Origin: Thermoplasmata archaeon
Lineage (GTDB): Archaea; Thermoplasmatota; Thermoplasmata; Lutacidiplasmatales; UBA184
DNA length: 64,000 nucleotides
Direction of reading: 5' to 3'
Assembly (NCBI GenBank): GCA_035507575.1
Contig: DATJNY010000063.1
Span: 55 to 64,054, forward strand
Shown here: one piece after another, positions 53,084-62,276 of the stretch
Numbering within the stretch: position 1 is the first letter of the stretch
Layout: each line of letters opens with the position of its first letter
Program-made: the position numbers and the translations under genes
Notes under the pieces: model-generated
Seen by the model: only the letters and a program-made list of their open reading frames with translations
What the model was told of the DNA's origin: nothing
Databases searched by the model: none

Positions 53084-54138
53084 AGTCGATCGCCCCACGT
53101 CGCGCGATCGAGCAGGTCCTGATCCGTCGCGCGGATCCCCTCGGCGACCTCCTCCGCCGACAGCGGACCCCCCGGCCCGCGTCGGGCGCGGGCCCGAACG
53201 TCCGCGCGGGCCAGGACGAGCGCACCGATGCCGCGGAGCTCGCGACGCACCCACTCCTCGACGGTGCCCTCGTCCGCTTCGGCCATTGCGAGATGAACCG
53301 CGCCGAACACGGCGTCCCGACGCAGCCAGTAGTCGAGGTAGGCCGTCAGGAGGGCCTTCGCGGGCGGACTCATGGGCGGGCAACGATCCGGGGGAGGAAC
53401 CACCCCGAGCGGAGTCGCGCCACCCTCCGGGGAAAGCTCCAGCAGCGCCCACCCCCCGAGACCCGCCCCGATCGCCACCGGACCGCCTCGACCGTCGAAG
53501 AAGAGCGGAAGCCCGGAGAGACCGTCCTCGGCCCGCGGCGGCTCCGCGACCGGAAAGTCGTCCGAGGTCGGGAGGGGGATCGCCGAAGCTAGGGCGGTCC
53601 GCACCGGGGCCTCGTCCTTCCACCGGCCTTGGGCGTCGAGCTCCCGGGCGAGCTTCCTTCGCCGCCGTTGAGCGTCTTCCATCCGACGCACGACCGACCG
53701 ATCGATCCGCCCGCGCACGGACGTGAGCTCTTCCCGGAAGGACGGCGCCGGTGGGGACGGCGTGCGTGCACGGGCGGCGCGGAGACCTTCGAGCGAGACC
53801 CCGGGGCAGCTCAGGACCACCGTGGCCTGCAGACGCAGTCCGACGTGGACCGTGATCGGAAATTCCCGGCACGGGGCCGGGCGGGCCGCGTGGACTCGGC
53901 ACCGGAGCCGGTCGAGCATCTGGCACGCGCCACCATCAGGACGGCTCGCGAGGAAGACGTCCCGGCCGGCTCCGACGAGCTCGGCCTCCGGGGCGATTTG
54001 TAGGAGAGGCACGCGATCCGACGAGCTCACCCGCGGCTCCGCGAAGCAGCAGAGCCCGCAGTCCGGCCGACACCGAAAGGCGAATCCGTCGAGCAGCGCG
54101 GTGTCGAGGGACGGGAGCGTCGGCTCGGACCCCGTCAT
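53080..54138 (-). CDS. YkgJ/UPF0153-like cysteine-cluster protein with long C-terminal extension
   Basis: 'FRCRPDCGLCCFAEP' and 'GGACQMLDRLRCRVHAARPAPCREFP', then about 200 aa with no recognisable motif. Start trimmed to the ATG at 54138. Confidence 0.65.
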   Translation of the reverse strand: MTGSEPTLPSLDTALLDGFAFRCRPDCGLCCFAEPRVSSSDRVPLLQIAPEAELVGAGRDVFLASRPDGGACQMLDRLRCRVHAARPAPCREFPITVHVGLRLQATVVLSCPGVSLEGLRAARARTPSPPAPSFREELTSVRGRIDRSVVRRMEDAQRRRRKLARELDAQGRWKDEAPVRTALASAIPLPTSDDFPVAEPPRAEDGLSGLPLFFDGRGGPVAIGAGLGGWALLELSPEGGATPLGVVPPPDRCPPMSPPAKALLTAYLDYWLRRDAVFGAVHLAMAEADEGTVEEWVRRELRGIGALVLARADVRARARRGPGGPLSAEEVAEGIRATDQDLLDRATWGDRL

Positions 54139-54168
54139 GCGTCGCTGGGACCACGGCGCGAGGACGGT

Positions 54169-54175
54169 ATTAATC
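54169..54175. promoter_or_regulatory. TATTAAT box shared by the divergent YkgJ-like and CBS genes
   Basis: 26 nt upstream of the ATG at 54196 and about 35 nt upstream of the ATG at 54138 on the other strand. Confidence 0.45.
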
Positions 54176-54195
54176 TCCGCGCGCTTCGGCGGCCG

Positions 54196-54636
54196 ATGGT
54201 GCTCGTCGCGAAGGACATCATGGATCGAACGGTACTGACCGTCGACGAGGCGACCGACGCCCTCAGCTGCGCGAGGACGATGGCCCAGCAGCACAAGGGG
54301 TACGCCGTGCTGTTGCGCGCCGGCGTCACGATCGCGGGCATCGTGACCGAGTGGGACTACCTCTCCAAAGTCGTCGCGCCCGGGCTCGATCCTGCCCGGG
54401 TGGCCGTGCGGGAGATCGCCACCCCGGTCGTCGACTCGTGCGGCCCCGAGACGCCGACGGACGAGGTCGTCGCGTCGATGGCCGAGAAGGGGATCCGACG
54501 GATGATCGTTCGCTCCGGGGACCAGGTGCTGGGCATCATCACCGCCCGGAACGTGCTCCGTATGTTCCGCGAATACGTGGACAAAGTCTCTTCCGAAATC
54601 GCCGGCTATCAGGCGACCCAGACCCCGCTCGGATAA
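54196..54636 (+). CDS. CBS domain pair protein
   Basis: 'AKDIMDRTVLTVDE' and 'GIRRMIVRSGDQVLGIITARNVL' CBS repeats. 146 aa. TATTAAT box 26 nt upstream. Confidence 0.75.
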   Translation: MVLVAKDIMDRTVLTVDEATDALSCARTMAQQHKGYAVLLRAGVTIAGIVTEWDYLSKVVAPGLDPARVAVREIATPVVDSCGPETPTDEVVASMAEKGIRRMIVRSGDQVLGIITARNVLRMFREYVDKVSSEIAGYQATQTPLG

Positions 54637-54734
54637 GCGAGGAAGCTCGGCGTGGCGTCCGCTCCCTGGCGGGCTCCCGGAACGCTCCGGGACCCGGTCG
54701 ATGGCCGCCTCGGCGGCCGGCAGGGCCGGCTCCC

Positions 54735-56180
54735 ATGAAGTACAAGTGGCTCGTCCTCTCGAACACCACTGTCGCCACGCTGATGGCGGCGATCGACACG
54801 AACATCGTGCTGATCTCGCTGCCCACGATCGGCCGTCAGCTCCCCGGTACCAACGCCACGACCCTTCTCTGGATCCTCCTCGGCTACTCGCTCCTCACCG
54901 CCGTGGTCCTGCTCAACTTCGGGCGGCTCTCCGACATGTTCGGCCGGGTCCGGCTCTACGTGCTCGGCTTCGCGGTGTTCACGGTCGGTTCGTTGCTCTG
55001 CGGTCTCTCCCAGACCGGAGTCGAACTGGTCCTGTTCCGTCTGGTCCAGGCCGTCGGCGCCGGATTCCTGTTCGCGAACTCCGCGGCGATCATCACCGAC
55101 GCCTTCCCCCCCAACGAGCGGGGTCGGGCCCTCGGGATCAACCAGATCTCGATCGTCGTCGGGGCCGTGGCGGGGCTCATCCTCGGCGGCGCGATCACCG
55201 CGACGATCGGCTGGCGGTGGATCTTCTTCGTCAATGTCCCGATCGGGCTCATCGCCACGCTCCGCGCCCGGGCGGATCTGAGGGAGCTCGCCGCCCAGGA
55301 GGAGCGGCCCCGGATCGACTGGGCCGGGAACGTCGCCTTCGCCCTCGGGCTCACCGTGATCCTTGCGGGCGTCACGCTCGGCGCGCTCGGCGACGTCGAC
55401 GGGGACGTCGCGATCGCACTCGTCGTCGCAGGGGCGATCATGCTCGTCGGGTTCGTCTACATCGAGTCCCGGGTCGAGTCCCCGATGCTCGATCTGTCGC
55501 TGTTCCGCAGTCGAGTGTTCTCCACGACGACCACCGCGACGCTCCTCAATGCGCTCGCCCGGGGGGCGTTCACGTTCGTCCTCGTCTTCTACCTCCAGGG
55601 ACCGCCCCGGTATCTCGACCCGTTCACCGCCGGCCTGTTCCTGATCCCGGTGTCGGCGTCGCTGGCCACGTTCGGACCGATCAGCGGCTGGCTCTCCGAT
55701 CGCTACGGGCCGACGTGGTTCACCGTCTTCGGACTGATCCTCTCGGCCGGGGGATTCCTCTGGCTCGCGACGATCGGCGCCGAGGATTCGTTCCTCCAGC
55801 TGACGCCTCCGCTCGTGCTGGTCGGCGCCGGGATGGGTCTCTTCGCCGCGCCGAATCGTGCCACCATGATGACCGCGGTGCCCCCGAACCGCCGGGGCGT
55901 CGCCTCAGGGATCGGGACGACCTTCCTCAACACCGGGGCCACGGTCAGCCTCGGGCTCACCCTCGTCATCATGTCGTCCGTCGTGCCCCGCTCGGCGCTC
56001 GAGGTCATCCTGACGGGCGGCACGATCTCGGGCGGCGGCACGGTCGCGGCGGGGTTCCTCGATTCGATCCACCTGATCTTCCTCATCTCGGCCGGGCTGG
56101 TCCTGCTGTCGCTCGTCCCGATCGCCCTGCGCGGGAAGGCCCCGCCGCCGGCCCCGGAGCCGGCGGCGGCCGGAGACTGA
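54735..56180 (+). CDS. MFS transporter, DHA2 (EmrB/QacA-like, about 14 TMS) family
   Basis: 'LMAAIDTNIVLISLPTI', 'GRLSDMFGRVRLY' and 'LVQAVGAGFLFANS' motifs. Start trimmed to the ATG at 54735. Confidence 0.8.
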   Translation: MKYKWLVLSNTTVATLMAAIDTNIVLISLPTIGRQLPGTNATTLLWILLGYSLLTAVVLLNFGRLSDMFGRVRLYVLGFAVFTVGSLLCGLSQTGVELVLFRLVQAVGAGFLFANSAAIITDAFPPNERGRALGINQISIVVGAVAGLILGGAITATIGWRWIFFVNVPIGLIATLRARADLRELAAQEERPRIDWAGNVAFALGLTVILAGVTLGALGDVDGDVAIALVVAGAIMLVGFVYIESRVESPMLDLSLFRSRVFSTTTTATLLNALARGAFTFVLVFYLQGPPRYLDPFTAGLFLIPVSASLATFGPISGWLSDRYGPTWFTVFGLILSAGGFLWLATIGAEDSFLQLTPPLVLVGAGMGLFAAPNRATMMTAVPPNRRGVASGIGTTFLNTGATVSLGLTLVIMSSVVPRSALEVILTGGTISGGGTVAAGFLDSIHLIFLISAGLVLLSLVPIALRGKAPPPAPEPAAAGD

Positions 56181-56193
56181 GCCCCGGCCGGGC

Positions 56194-57024
56194 TCAGTCG
56201 TGCGGGAGCAGAGTGCGCCGGGCGAGCAGGGTGGCGAGGCAGAAGATCGCCACCGTCCACGCGACGAGCCCGCCGAGGTAGACGTACGGCGGGTACGGGT
56301 AGTAGGCCGTCCCGAAGAAGTTCTCGCGCAGGACGTTCACGCACAGGCTGACGGGATTGTAGCTCGCGACGTCGCGGAGCCACTGGGGCATGGACCCCCA
56401 CGGATAGATGGCGTTCGAGGTGAACAGCACCGGAAGGTTGATCGCGTTCACGACCGCGAAGTACGACTGCGGCTGCGTCAGGAGGAACCCGAACGCCGAG
56501 AAGAGTCCGGCGAACATCGCGGAGAGGAGCACGATCGCGGCGAGCATCTCGAAGGCGCCGAGGACCGAGATCGACTGCGTGATGTCGAGCCCGCTGAGAC
56601 TCGAGATCCCCGTGTGCCCGAGGAGGATCGCGAGCCCGAGCACGAAGAAGGAGAGCAAGGTCGGTTGGACCGCGCCCGCGATCACGCGCGAACCGAAGAC
56701 CGCGGTCGCCGACGCCGGGGAGGCGGCGATGCGCTTGAAGATCCCGAACAGCTTGTCGAAGATGACGTTCGCGCCGGTGAAGAGCGTCGCGGTCAGCGCG
56801 ACGAATCCGGCCATCCCGACCGCGAACGACGAGAAAAAGTTCGGGGCGCTGAGGAAGTAGCCGGGCGGCAGGAGCACCGAGTTCCCGCCGGCGAGGTTCG
56901 AGAACCCCTGGCCGAACAGGGTGAGGTACAGGATCGGGATCAGGAGGCTCGTGAAGATCGCCGCCGGGTTCCGGGCGATCCGCAGGAGCTCGCGTCGCGT
57001 CAGCGCGAGGATCGGGATCGCCAT
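56194..57024 (-). CDS. ABC-2 type transporter permease
   Basis: 'LTRRELLRIARNPAAIFTSLLIPILYL' and six hydrophobic segments. 1-nt TGATG overlap with the ATPase gene. Confidence 0.75.
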   Translation of the reverse strand: MAIPILALTRRELLRIARNPAAIFTSLLIPILYLTLFGQGFSNLAGGNSVLLPPGYFLSAPNFFSSFAVGMAGFVALTATLFTGANVIFDKLFGIFKRIAASPASATAVFGSRVIAGAVQPTLLSFFVLGLAILLGHTGISSLSGLDITQSISVLGAFEMLAAIVLLSAMFAGLFSAFGFLLTQPQSYFAVVNAINLPVLFTSNAIYPWGSMPQWLRDVASYNPVSLCVNVLRENFFGTAYYPYPPYVYLGGLVAWTVAIFCLATLLARRTLLPHD

Positions 57025-58043
57025 CAGCGGCCTCCCCGGCCCATGCCCTGGCGGACCTGTCCGATCCGGACGGCCATGTCGGTGGCGGTCGGCCCGCTCT
57101 CGTCCTCCCGGAACTCTCGGCCGGTGTACTCGAGGAACACCTCGTCGAGGCTGGGACGCTTCAGGGAGACGGCCGTGACCGTGACGCCGGACTTGAACGC
57201 GGACTCGACGAGCACCGGCACGAGCTGCTCGCCGCTCGCGCACTTGATCCGGTAGGCCCCGTCCTGCACCTGCACCGAGGTGGCGCCGGGGATCGCCTGG
57301 AAGAGGGGCGTGAGATCCCGGTCGGTCTGCTGGATCCGGACGGTGACGACATCGCCCCCGAGATTGTCCTTCAACTGGGCCGGAGTTCCCGTGGCGACGA
57401 TCTTCCCGTGGTCGATGATCGCGAGCCGATCGCAGAGATTGTCCGCTTCGTCCAGGTAGTGGGTGGTGAGGAACACGGTCAGCCCGAGCTCCTTCCGCAG
57501 GTCCTGGATGTACCGCCAGAATCCGGCCCGGCCCTGGGGATCGAGGCCGAGGGTCGGCTCATCCAGGAAGAGGATCTTCGGATTGTGAACGAGGCCGACC
57601 GCCAGCTCGAGACGGCGCCGCATGCCGCCGGAGTAGGTCTTGACCGGCCGATCGGCCGCCTCCGCGACCTGCATCTGATGGAGCAGCGACTCGATCCGAG
57701 CGTGCCCCTCGGCGTTGGGGACGGAGTAGAGGGCGGCCTGCAGCTCGAGGTTCTCCCGCCCCGTGAGATCGGAGTCGGCGGTGGACTCCTGGAAGACCAG
57801 ACCGATGCGTCGCTTGACCTCCTCGGGGCGCTGCGCGATGTCGAGACCCGCGGTCATTCCTCGACCGCTCGTGGGTCGAAGGTTCGCGGTGAGCATCTGG
57901 ACCGTGGTGGTCTTTCCCGCGCCGTTCGGTCCGAGGAATCCGAAGACCTCCCCTTCCTTGACGGTGAAGCTGACGCCCTGCACGGCCTTGACTTTCCCGC
58001 CGTACGTCTTGGCCAACTCCTCGGCGACGATCGGGTCGGTCAT
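57024..58043 (-). CDS. ABC transporter ATP-binding protein (ABC-2/DrrA-like)
   Basis: Walker A 'GPNGAGKTT', signature 'YSGGMRRRLELA', Walker B 'LFLDEPTLGLD' and H-loop 'TTHYLDEA'. Start trimmed to the ATG at 58043. Confidence 0.9.
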   Translation of the reverse strand: MTDPIVAEELAKTYGGKVKAVQGVSFTVKEGEVFGFLGPNGAGKTTTVQMLTANLRPTSGRGMTAGLDIAQRPEEVKRRIGLVFQESTADSDLTGRENLELQAALYSVPNAEGHARIESLLHQMQVAEAADRPVKTYSGGMRRRLELAVGLVHNPKILFLDEPTLGLDPQGRAGFWRYIQDLRKELGLTVFLTTHYLDEADNLCDRLAIIDHGKIVATGTPAQLKDNLGGDVVTVRIQQTDRDLTPLFQAIPGATSVQVQDGAYRIKCASGEQLVPVLVESAFKSGVTVTAVSLKRPSLDEVFLEYTGREFREDESGPTATDMAVRIGQVRQGMGRGGR

Positions 58044-58073
58044 GGGTGCCTCCCCCACGCATCCCCGAGTGTA

Positions 58074-58080
58074 GATAAAG
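58074..58080 (-). promoter_or_regulatory. CTTTATC box of the ABC-2 transporter operon
   Basis: Reverse complement of GATAAAG, about 35 nt upstream of the ATG at 58043. Confidence 0.45.
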
Positions 58081-58200
58081 TTGGAACTCACCGGGCACGC
58101 TCACGGGAGGTACGTGCGAAGGCGCGACACGGTGAGGGGAGAGCCGGGCCGAACCGATGGACCGGCCCCCGAGCCGCTGGTCGAGCGTGTCTTCGTTCGG

Positions 58201-59265
58201 TCAGGCGGGGGCGTGGGGCTCGCTCGGCCCGACCAACCGCGCCCCCCCGGCTCCCGGTGGGATCGTCGCGGCCGAGGCGTCGGACGCGGGACGGTACGCC
58301 GCTCGGAGCCGCAGGAAGAACAGCACCGCGACTGCGACGAGAGGGAGCGTGTAGGGCAAACCGAGCGTCAAGAGCAGCCCGAACACCGCCTGCCACAGCA
58401 CGAATCCGAAGGCGAGATGGACGAGGAGGTAGTCGTGATTCCGACGCCCGAGACCGCGCCGCACGGTTTCCGCGATCACGGCGAAGACCGCGAGTTCGAT
58501 CGCGATCTCGAGCGCCGGTGGCGTCGCGGTCGGCGCGAGCCCGTACTCCAGCACCAACCCGAGGGGGAAGAACGCGAAACCCAAGATCCCGATCCCGGCC
58601 GGCGACAACGTGGCGCGATCGCCCGAGGGAGAGGCGAATCGCGCGGGGAGCCGATACGCGGCGTACACCAGCAGCGCAATCACCGCGAGGCTCGCGAGCA
58701 AGAGCCCGGGGCCGAGCCAGAATTGGTACGTGCGGTAGACGATCGCCATCTCGATGCCTGTGGAGAGGGCGAGGGTAGCGAACGCCGTGACCACGCCCCG
58801 GGCCCCGATCAGCGATCGCCCCCGCGTCGAGGGTAGGGCGAGACCGAGCAGCAGGATCGGGAGCCCGATCGAATAGATCACGTGGAACGCGAGCACCCCC
58901 GTGGCCCAGACCCAGTTCACGCCCAGAAAGTGGCCGTACGCGCCGAGGATCCCATCGACGGACGGACGGTTGTTGAAGAGCGTGTTGTCCCCCAGGCCTT
59001 CCTCCGTCACGCCGTACGCCAGGCCCAGCGCGAGGGCCGACCCCCATCCCTTTCCCCAACGCATCAATGCCTCCCGGATCAACAGAGCCCCGGCCGTGTA
59101 CTGTCCGACGTTGATGGCCAGCTGGATCGTGAAAGAGGCGGGATTGGTGACGAGCGCCAAGAGGGGGCTCGAGGTGGAGAGGTACTCGGGGAGACCCGGG
59201 GTCAGGATGGCCAGGCAGACGATCGGATGACTCCGGAACCAGTCGAGCCCGCGCGCGCCGACCAC
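58201..59265 (-). CDS. Hypothetical polytopic membrane protein
   Basis: About 9-10 hydrophobic segments. No recognised motif. GTG start. Lies upstream of and co-directional with the ABC-2 genes. Confidence 0.55.
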   Translation of the reverse strand: MVGARGLDWFRSHPIVCLAILTPGLPEYLSTSSPLLALVTNPASFTIQLAINVGQYTAGALLIREALMRWGKGWGSALALGLAYGVTEEGLGDNTLFNNRPSVDGILGAYGHFLGVNWVWATGVLAFHVIYSIGLPILLLGLALPSTRGRSLIGARGVVTAFATLALSTGIEMAIVYRTYQFWLGPGLLLASLAVIALLVYAAYRLPARFASPSGDRATLSPAGIGILGFAFFPLGLVLEYGLAPTATPPALEIAIELAVFAVIAETVRRGLGRRNHDYLLVHLAFGFVLWQAVFGLLLTLGLPYTLPLVAVAVLFFLRLRAAYRPASDASAATIPPGAGGARLVGPSEPHAPA

Positions 59266-59346
59266 CGAGTCGACGGTACGCCGGGCGCGTCTACATCAAT
59301 CCCGAGGCTCGAGCCCCCGGGCGTGGCCCGCGCGGCGGGGCCGGAA

Positions 59347-59354
59347 GTTTAATC
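59347..59354 (+). promoter_or_regulatory. TATA-like box (GTTTAATC) of the ppgK-like gene
   Basis: About 30 nt upstream of the ATG at 59378. Confidence 0.45.
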
Positions 59355-59377
59355 GCTCCTCGCGTCTCGCCGCCGCG

Positions 59378-60094
59378 ATGGCGACCCGCCGTAGATGGAG
59401 GACCCTCATCCTCGACATCGGGGGGAGCCACGTGAAGGCCGGATTCTCGGATCGGACGAACGAGATCAAGATCCCCTCCGGCCCGGACCTCAACCCCGAG
59501 CGCATGGTGAAGAAGCTCGCGCGGGCGCTAGCGGGCCAGCGGTACGATCGGGTGTCGATCGGGTACCCCGGCGTCGTCGTGCGAGGGCGCATCGTCGGCG
59601 AGCCCCACAACCTCGGTCCGGGCTGGGTCGGCTTCGACTTCGAGCACGCCCTCGGGCGCCCCACCCGGATCGTCAACGATGCGGCGATGCAGGCGCTCGG
59701 CAGCTACCAGGGGGGCCGCATGCTCTTCCTCGGGCTCGGCACCGGCCTCGGCACGGCGATGGTCCTGGACGGCGTCCTCGCGCCGATGGAGCTCGCCCAT
59801 CTGCCGTACAAGAAGGGGAAGGTCTACGAGGAGTTCGTCGGAGAGGCCGCCCTCGTCCGCTACGGTCGCAAGAAATGGGAACGCGAGGTGTTCGACGTGA
59901 CGGCGCTGCTCGTGGCGGCCCTCGAGCCGGAGTACGTCGTGCTGGGCGGCGGCAACGTCCGCAAGCTCCGCCGGCTGCCCCCGCGGGCCGTGCCCGGGGA
60001 CAATCGCAACGCGGTGCTCGGAGGGATCCGCCTCTGGGAACCCACCGCCGAGTCACCGCGCGCGCGGCCGAAGCCGCGTCGCCGACGTCGATAA
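59378..60094 (+). CDS. ppgK: ROK-family glucokinase, polyphosphate/ATP-glucokinase-like
   Basis: 'LILDIGGSHVKAG', 'IVNDAAMQALG', 'LGLGTGLGTAM', 'MELAHL' and 'VLGGGN'. Short ROK architecture (238 aa) with a basic tail. Confidence 0.7.
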   Translation: MATRRRWRTLILDIGGSHVKAGFSDRTNEIKIPSGPDLNPERMVKKLARALAGQRYDRVSIGYPGVVVRGRIVGEPHNLGPGWVGFDFEHALGRPTRIVNDAAMQALGSYQGGRMLFLGLGTGLGTAMVLDGVLAPMELAHLPYKKGKVYEEFVGEAALVRYGRKKWEREVFDVTALLVAALEPEYVVLGGGNVRKLRRLPPRAVPGDNRNAVLGGIRLWEPTAESPRARPKPRRRRR

Positions 60095-60832
60095 CCCGGC
60101 CGCGGCACTCCGGTCAACGTACCACTCCGCAGGCCGCCTCGGGCGGACGAGAGTTGCCGGCCACCGGCGGTCCCCGCCCTCCGCGCTCGCCAGCGTCCCG
60201 GCCAGCGCCGTCGCCTTGTCCGCGCCGGCGACCAGGAACACCGCCGCGCGCGTGGCGGAGAGCGCCGGGGCGGTCATCGTCAGGCGCGGGACGAGCGGAG
60301 GCAGGCCGGCCCGCGGCACCGCGACGACCCATCGCCGGCGCTCGCGGACGCTCGGTTGTCCCGGGAAGAGGGAGGCGGTGTGGCCGTCGGGCCCGATGCC
60401 GAGCAACGTCAGGTCGAACGTCGGGGCGTCGGCCCCCCCATCCACCGCGCGGAGCCGGCGCTCGTACCGACGGGCCGCCTCGACGAGGGGTCGCACCTCC
60501 CCTCGCAGTCGATGGACACGGTGACGGTCGATCGGGACACGGGAGAGGAGGGCGGACCACGCGGCGCCGAAGTTGCTCGCGGGATCCGTCGGCGGGACGG
60601 CCCGTTCGTCGGCGAAGTACACGTCCGTCCGGGGCCACGGCAGCGAGGTCGGGGTTCGAGCCCATCGCTCGAACAGACCGAGCGGGGTGCGGCCGCCCGA
60701 GAGCACGAGCCGGAACCGTCCCCGGGCCGCCACGGCCTCCCGGGCGGCCGCGGCGACGCGTTCGGCGACCGCCGCGCTCGCCCGGTCCAGGTCGGGGAAG
60801 ACGCGGAGCGGTCGGGCTACTCCACGTACCAC
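60053..60832 (-). CDS. pgl: 6-Phosphogluconolactonase
   Basis: 'RFRLVLSGGRTP', 'VYFADERAVP' and 'DLTLLGIGPDGHTASLFP'. Start set to the GTG at 60832, a 16-nt overlap with the zwf stop. The start is uncertain. Confidence 0.75.
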   Translation of the reverse strand: MVRGVARPLRVFPDLDRASAAVAERVAAAAREAVAARGRFRLVLSGGRTPLGLFERWARTPTSLPWPRTDVYFADERAVPPTDPASNFGAAWSALLSRVPIDRHRVHRLRGEVRPLVEAARRYERRLRAVDGGADAPTFDLTLLGIGPDGHTASLFPGQPSVRERRRWVVAVPRAGLPPLVPRLTMTAPALSATRAAVFLVAGADKATALAGTLASAEGGDRRWPATLVRPRRPAEWYVDRSAAAGLSTSATRLRPRAR

Positions 60833-62274
60833 CGGTGCCCCCACTCGCGGACGAGGCTCTCGGCCTCCGCGGGACCCCAGGAGCCGGCCGGATAGAAGGC
60901 GAGACGGGGCGGCGCGACGAGCAGCGGTTCGTAGATGCGCCAGGATTCTTCGACCTCGTCGGCCCGCACAAAGAGCGTCGGATCGCCGAGCATCACGTCG
61001 ACGAGCAGGGTCTCGTACCCATCGGGGAGTTGCCCGAAGACGTCCGCGTAATGGAACTTCATGCGATGGGTCTGCACCCGCAGCTCCCGGCCGGGAACCT
61101 TGATCTCGAAGGCGAGTTCGAACCCCTCGTCCGGTTGCACCAGGATCGAGATGCGATCCGGATTCGCCTCGTACTCCTCGCTCGTCTGGAAGAACGATAC
61201 CGGCGGGGCCTTGAACGTGAGGACGACCCGCGTCGCCTTCGCCGGAAGGCGCTTTCCGGTGCGGACGAAGAACGGGACGTCCTGCCACCGCCAGTTGGCG
61301 ACTTTGAGCCGTAGGGCGACGAACGTCTCCGTGTCGGACTTGGGCGCGACGCCGGGCTCCTCCCGGTATCCCGGGACCGGCGTCCCGGCGACCGTCCCGG
61401 CGGTGTACTGCCCCCGGACCACGTCCTCGGGCTGGAACCGCACGACCGATTGGAGGACCTTCACCTTCTCGTTCCGGATCGAATCTTCGTCGCGCGTCGC
61501 CGGCGGCTCCATCGCCACGAGGGTGAGGATCTGGGTGGCGTGATTCTGGATCATGTCGCGCAAGGCGCCGGCGCTTTCGTAGTAGGCCGCCCGAGCCTCC
61601 ACCCCCAAGGACTCGGCGACGGTGATCTCGACCTGGTCGATCCGCTCCCGGCTCCAGAGCGACTCGATGAACATGTTCGCGAAGCGGAAGACCAGGAGGT
61701 TCTGGACGGTCTCCTTCCCCAGGTAATGGTCGATCCGATACACCTGCTTCTCCGCAAAGTACCGGTGCACGAGCTGGTTCAGCGACTCGGCGCTCGCGAG
61801 GTCACGGCCGAACGGCTTCTCGATCACGAGGCGCGTCCATCCCGGCCCCTCGTGGAGTCCGGCCCCCCCGAGGCCGGAGATCGTGGGGGCGAACGCCTCG
61901 AGCGGGAGGGCGAGGTAGAAGATCCGGTTCCCGCCGATGCCGAGCGTCCGCTCGAGCGTCTCGATCCGCTGGCGAAGCGCGCCGAAGCTCGCCGCCCCCT
62001 CGTCCGGGACGGACTGGTAGTACAGGGTCTGGTCGCAGAACGCTTGGAGCCGGTACGGTTCCGCGACGCGGGCGGTCGTGAGCGAGGAGAGCGCGAGCGC
62101 CCGGAACGTCGCGTCGTCGATCGGGCGGCGGGCGGCGCCGAGCACGACGCTCCCCTCCGGGAACTTTCCCGTCGCCCGGAGCTGGTACAGGACCGGGAGG
62201 ATCTTGCGCTGCATCAGGTCCCCCGTCGCGCCGAAGACGACGAACAGGTGGCGGTCGGGGACCTCGGGACCCAT
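60817..62274 (-). CDS. zwf: Glucose-6-phosphate 1-dehydrogenase (classical Zwf)
   Basis: 'FVVFGATGDLMQRKILP', 'VIEKPFGRD' and 'YRIDHYLGKE' motifs. Start trimmed to the ATG at 62274. Confidence 0.9.
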   Translation of the reverse strand: MGPEVPDRHLFVVFGATGDLMQRKILPVLYQLRATGKFPEGSVVLGAARRPIDDATFRALALSSLTTARVAEPYRLQAFCDQTLYYQSVPDEGAASFGALRQRIETLERTLGIGGNRIFYLALPLEAFAPTISGLGGAGLHEGPGWTRLVIEKPFGRDLASAESLNQLVHRYFAEKQVYRIDHYLGKETVQNLLVFRFANMFIESLWSRERIDQVEITVAESLGVEARAAYYESAGALRDMIQNHATQILTLVAMEPPATRDEDSIRNEKVKVLQSVVRFQPEDVVRGQYTAGTVAGTPVPGYREEPGVAPKSDTETFVALRLKVANWRWQDVPFFVRTGKRLPAKATRVVLTFKAPPVSFFQTSEEYEANPDRISILVQPDEGFELAFEIKVPGRELRVQTHRMKFHYADVFGQLPDGYETLLVDVMLGDPTLFVRADEVEESWRIYEPLLVAPPRLAFYPAGSWGPAEAESLVREWGHRWYVE

Positions 62275-62276
62275 CC

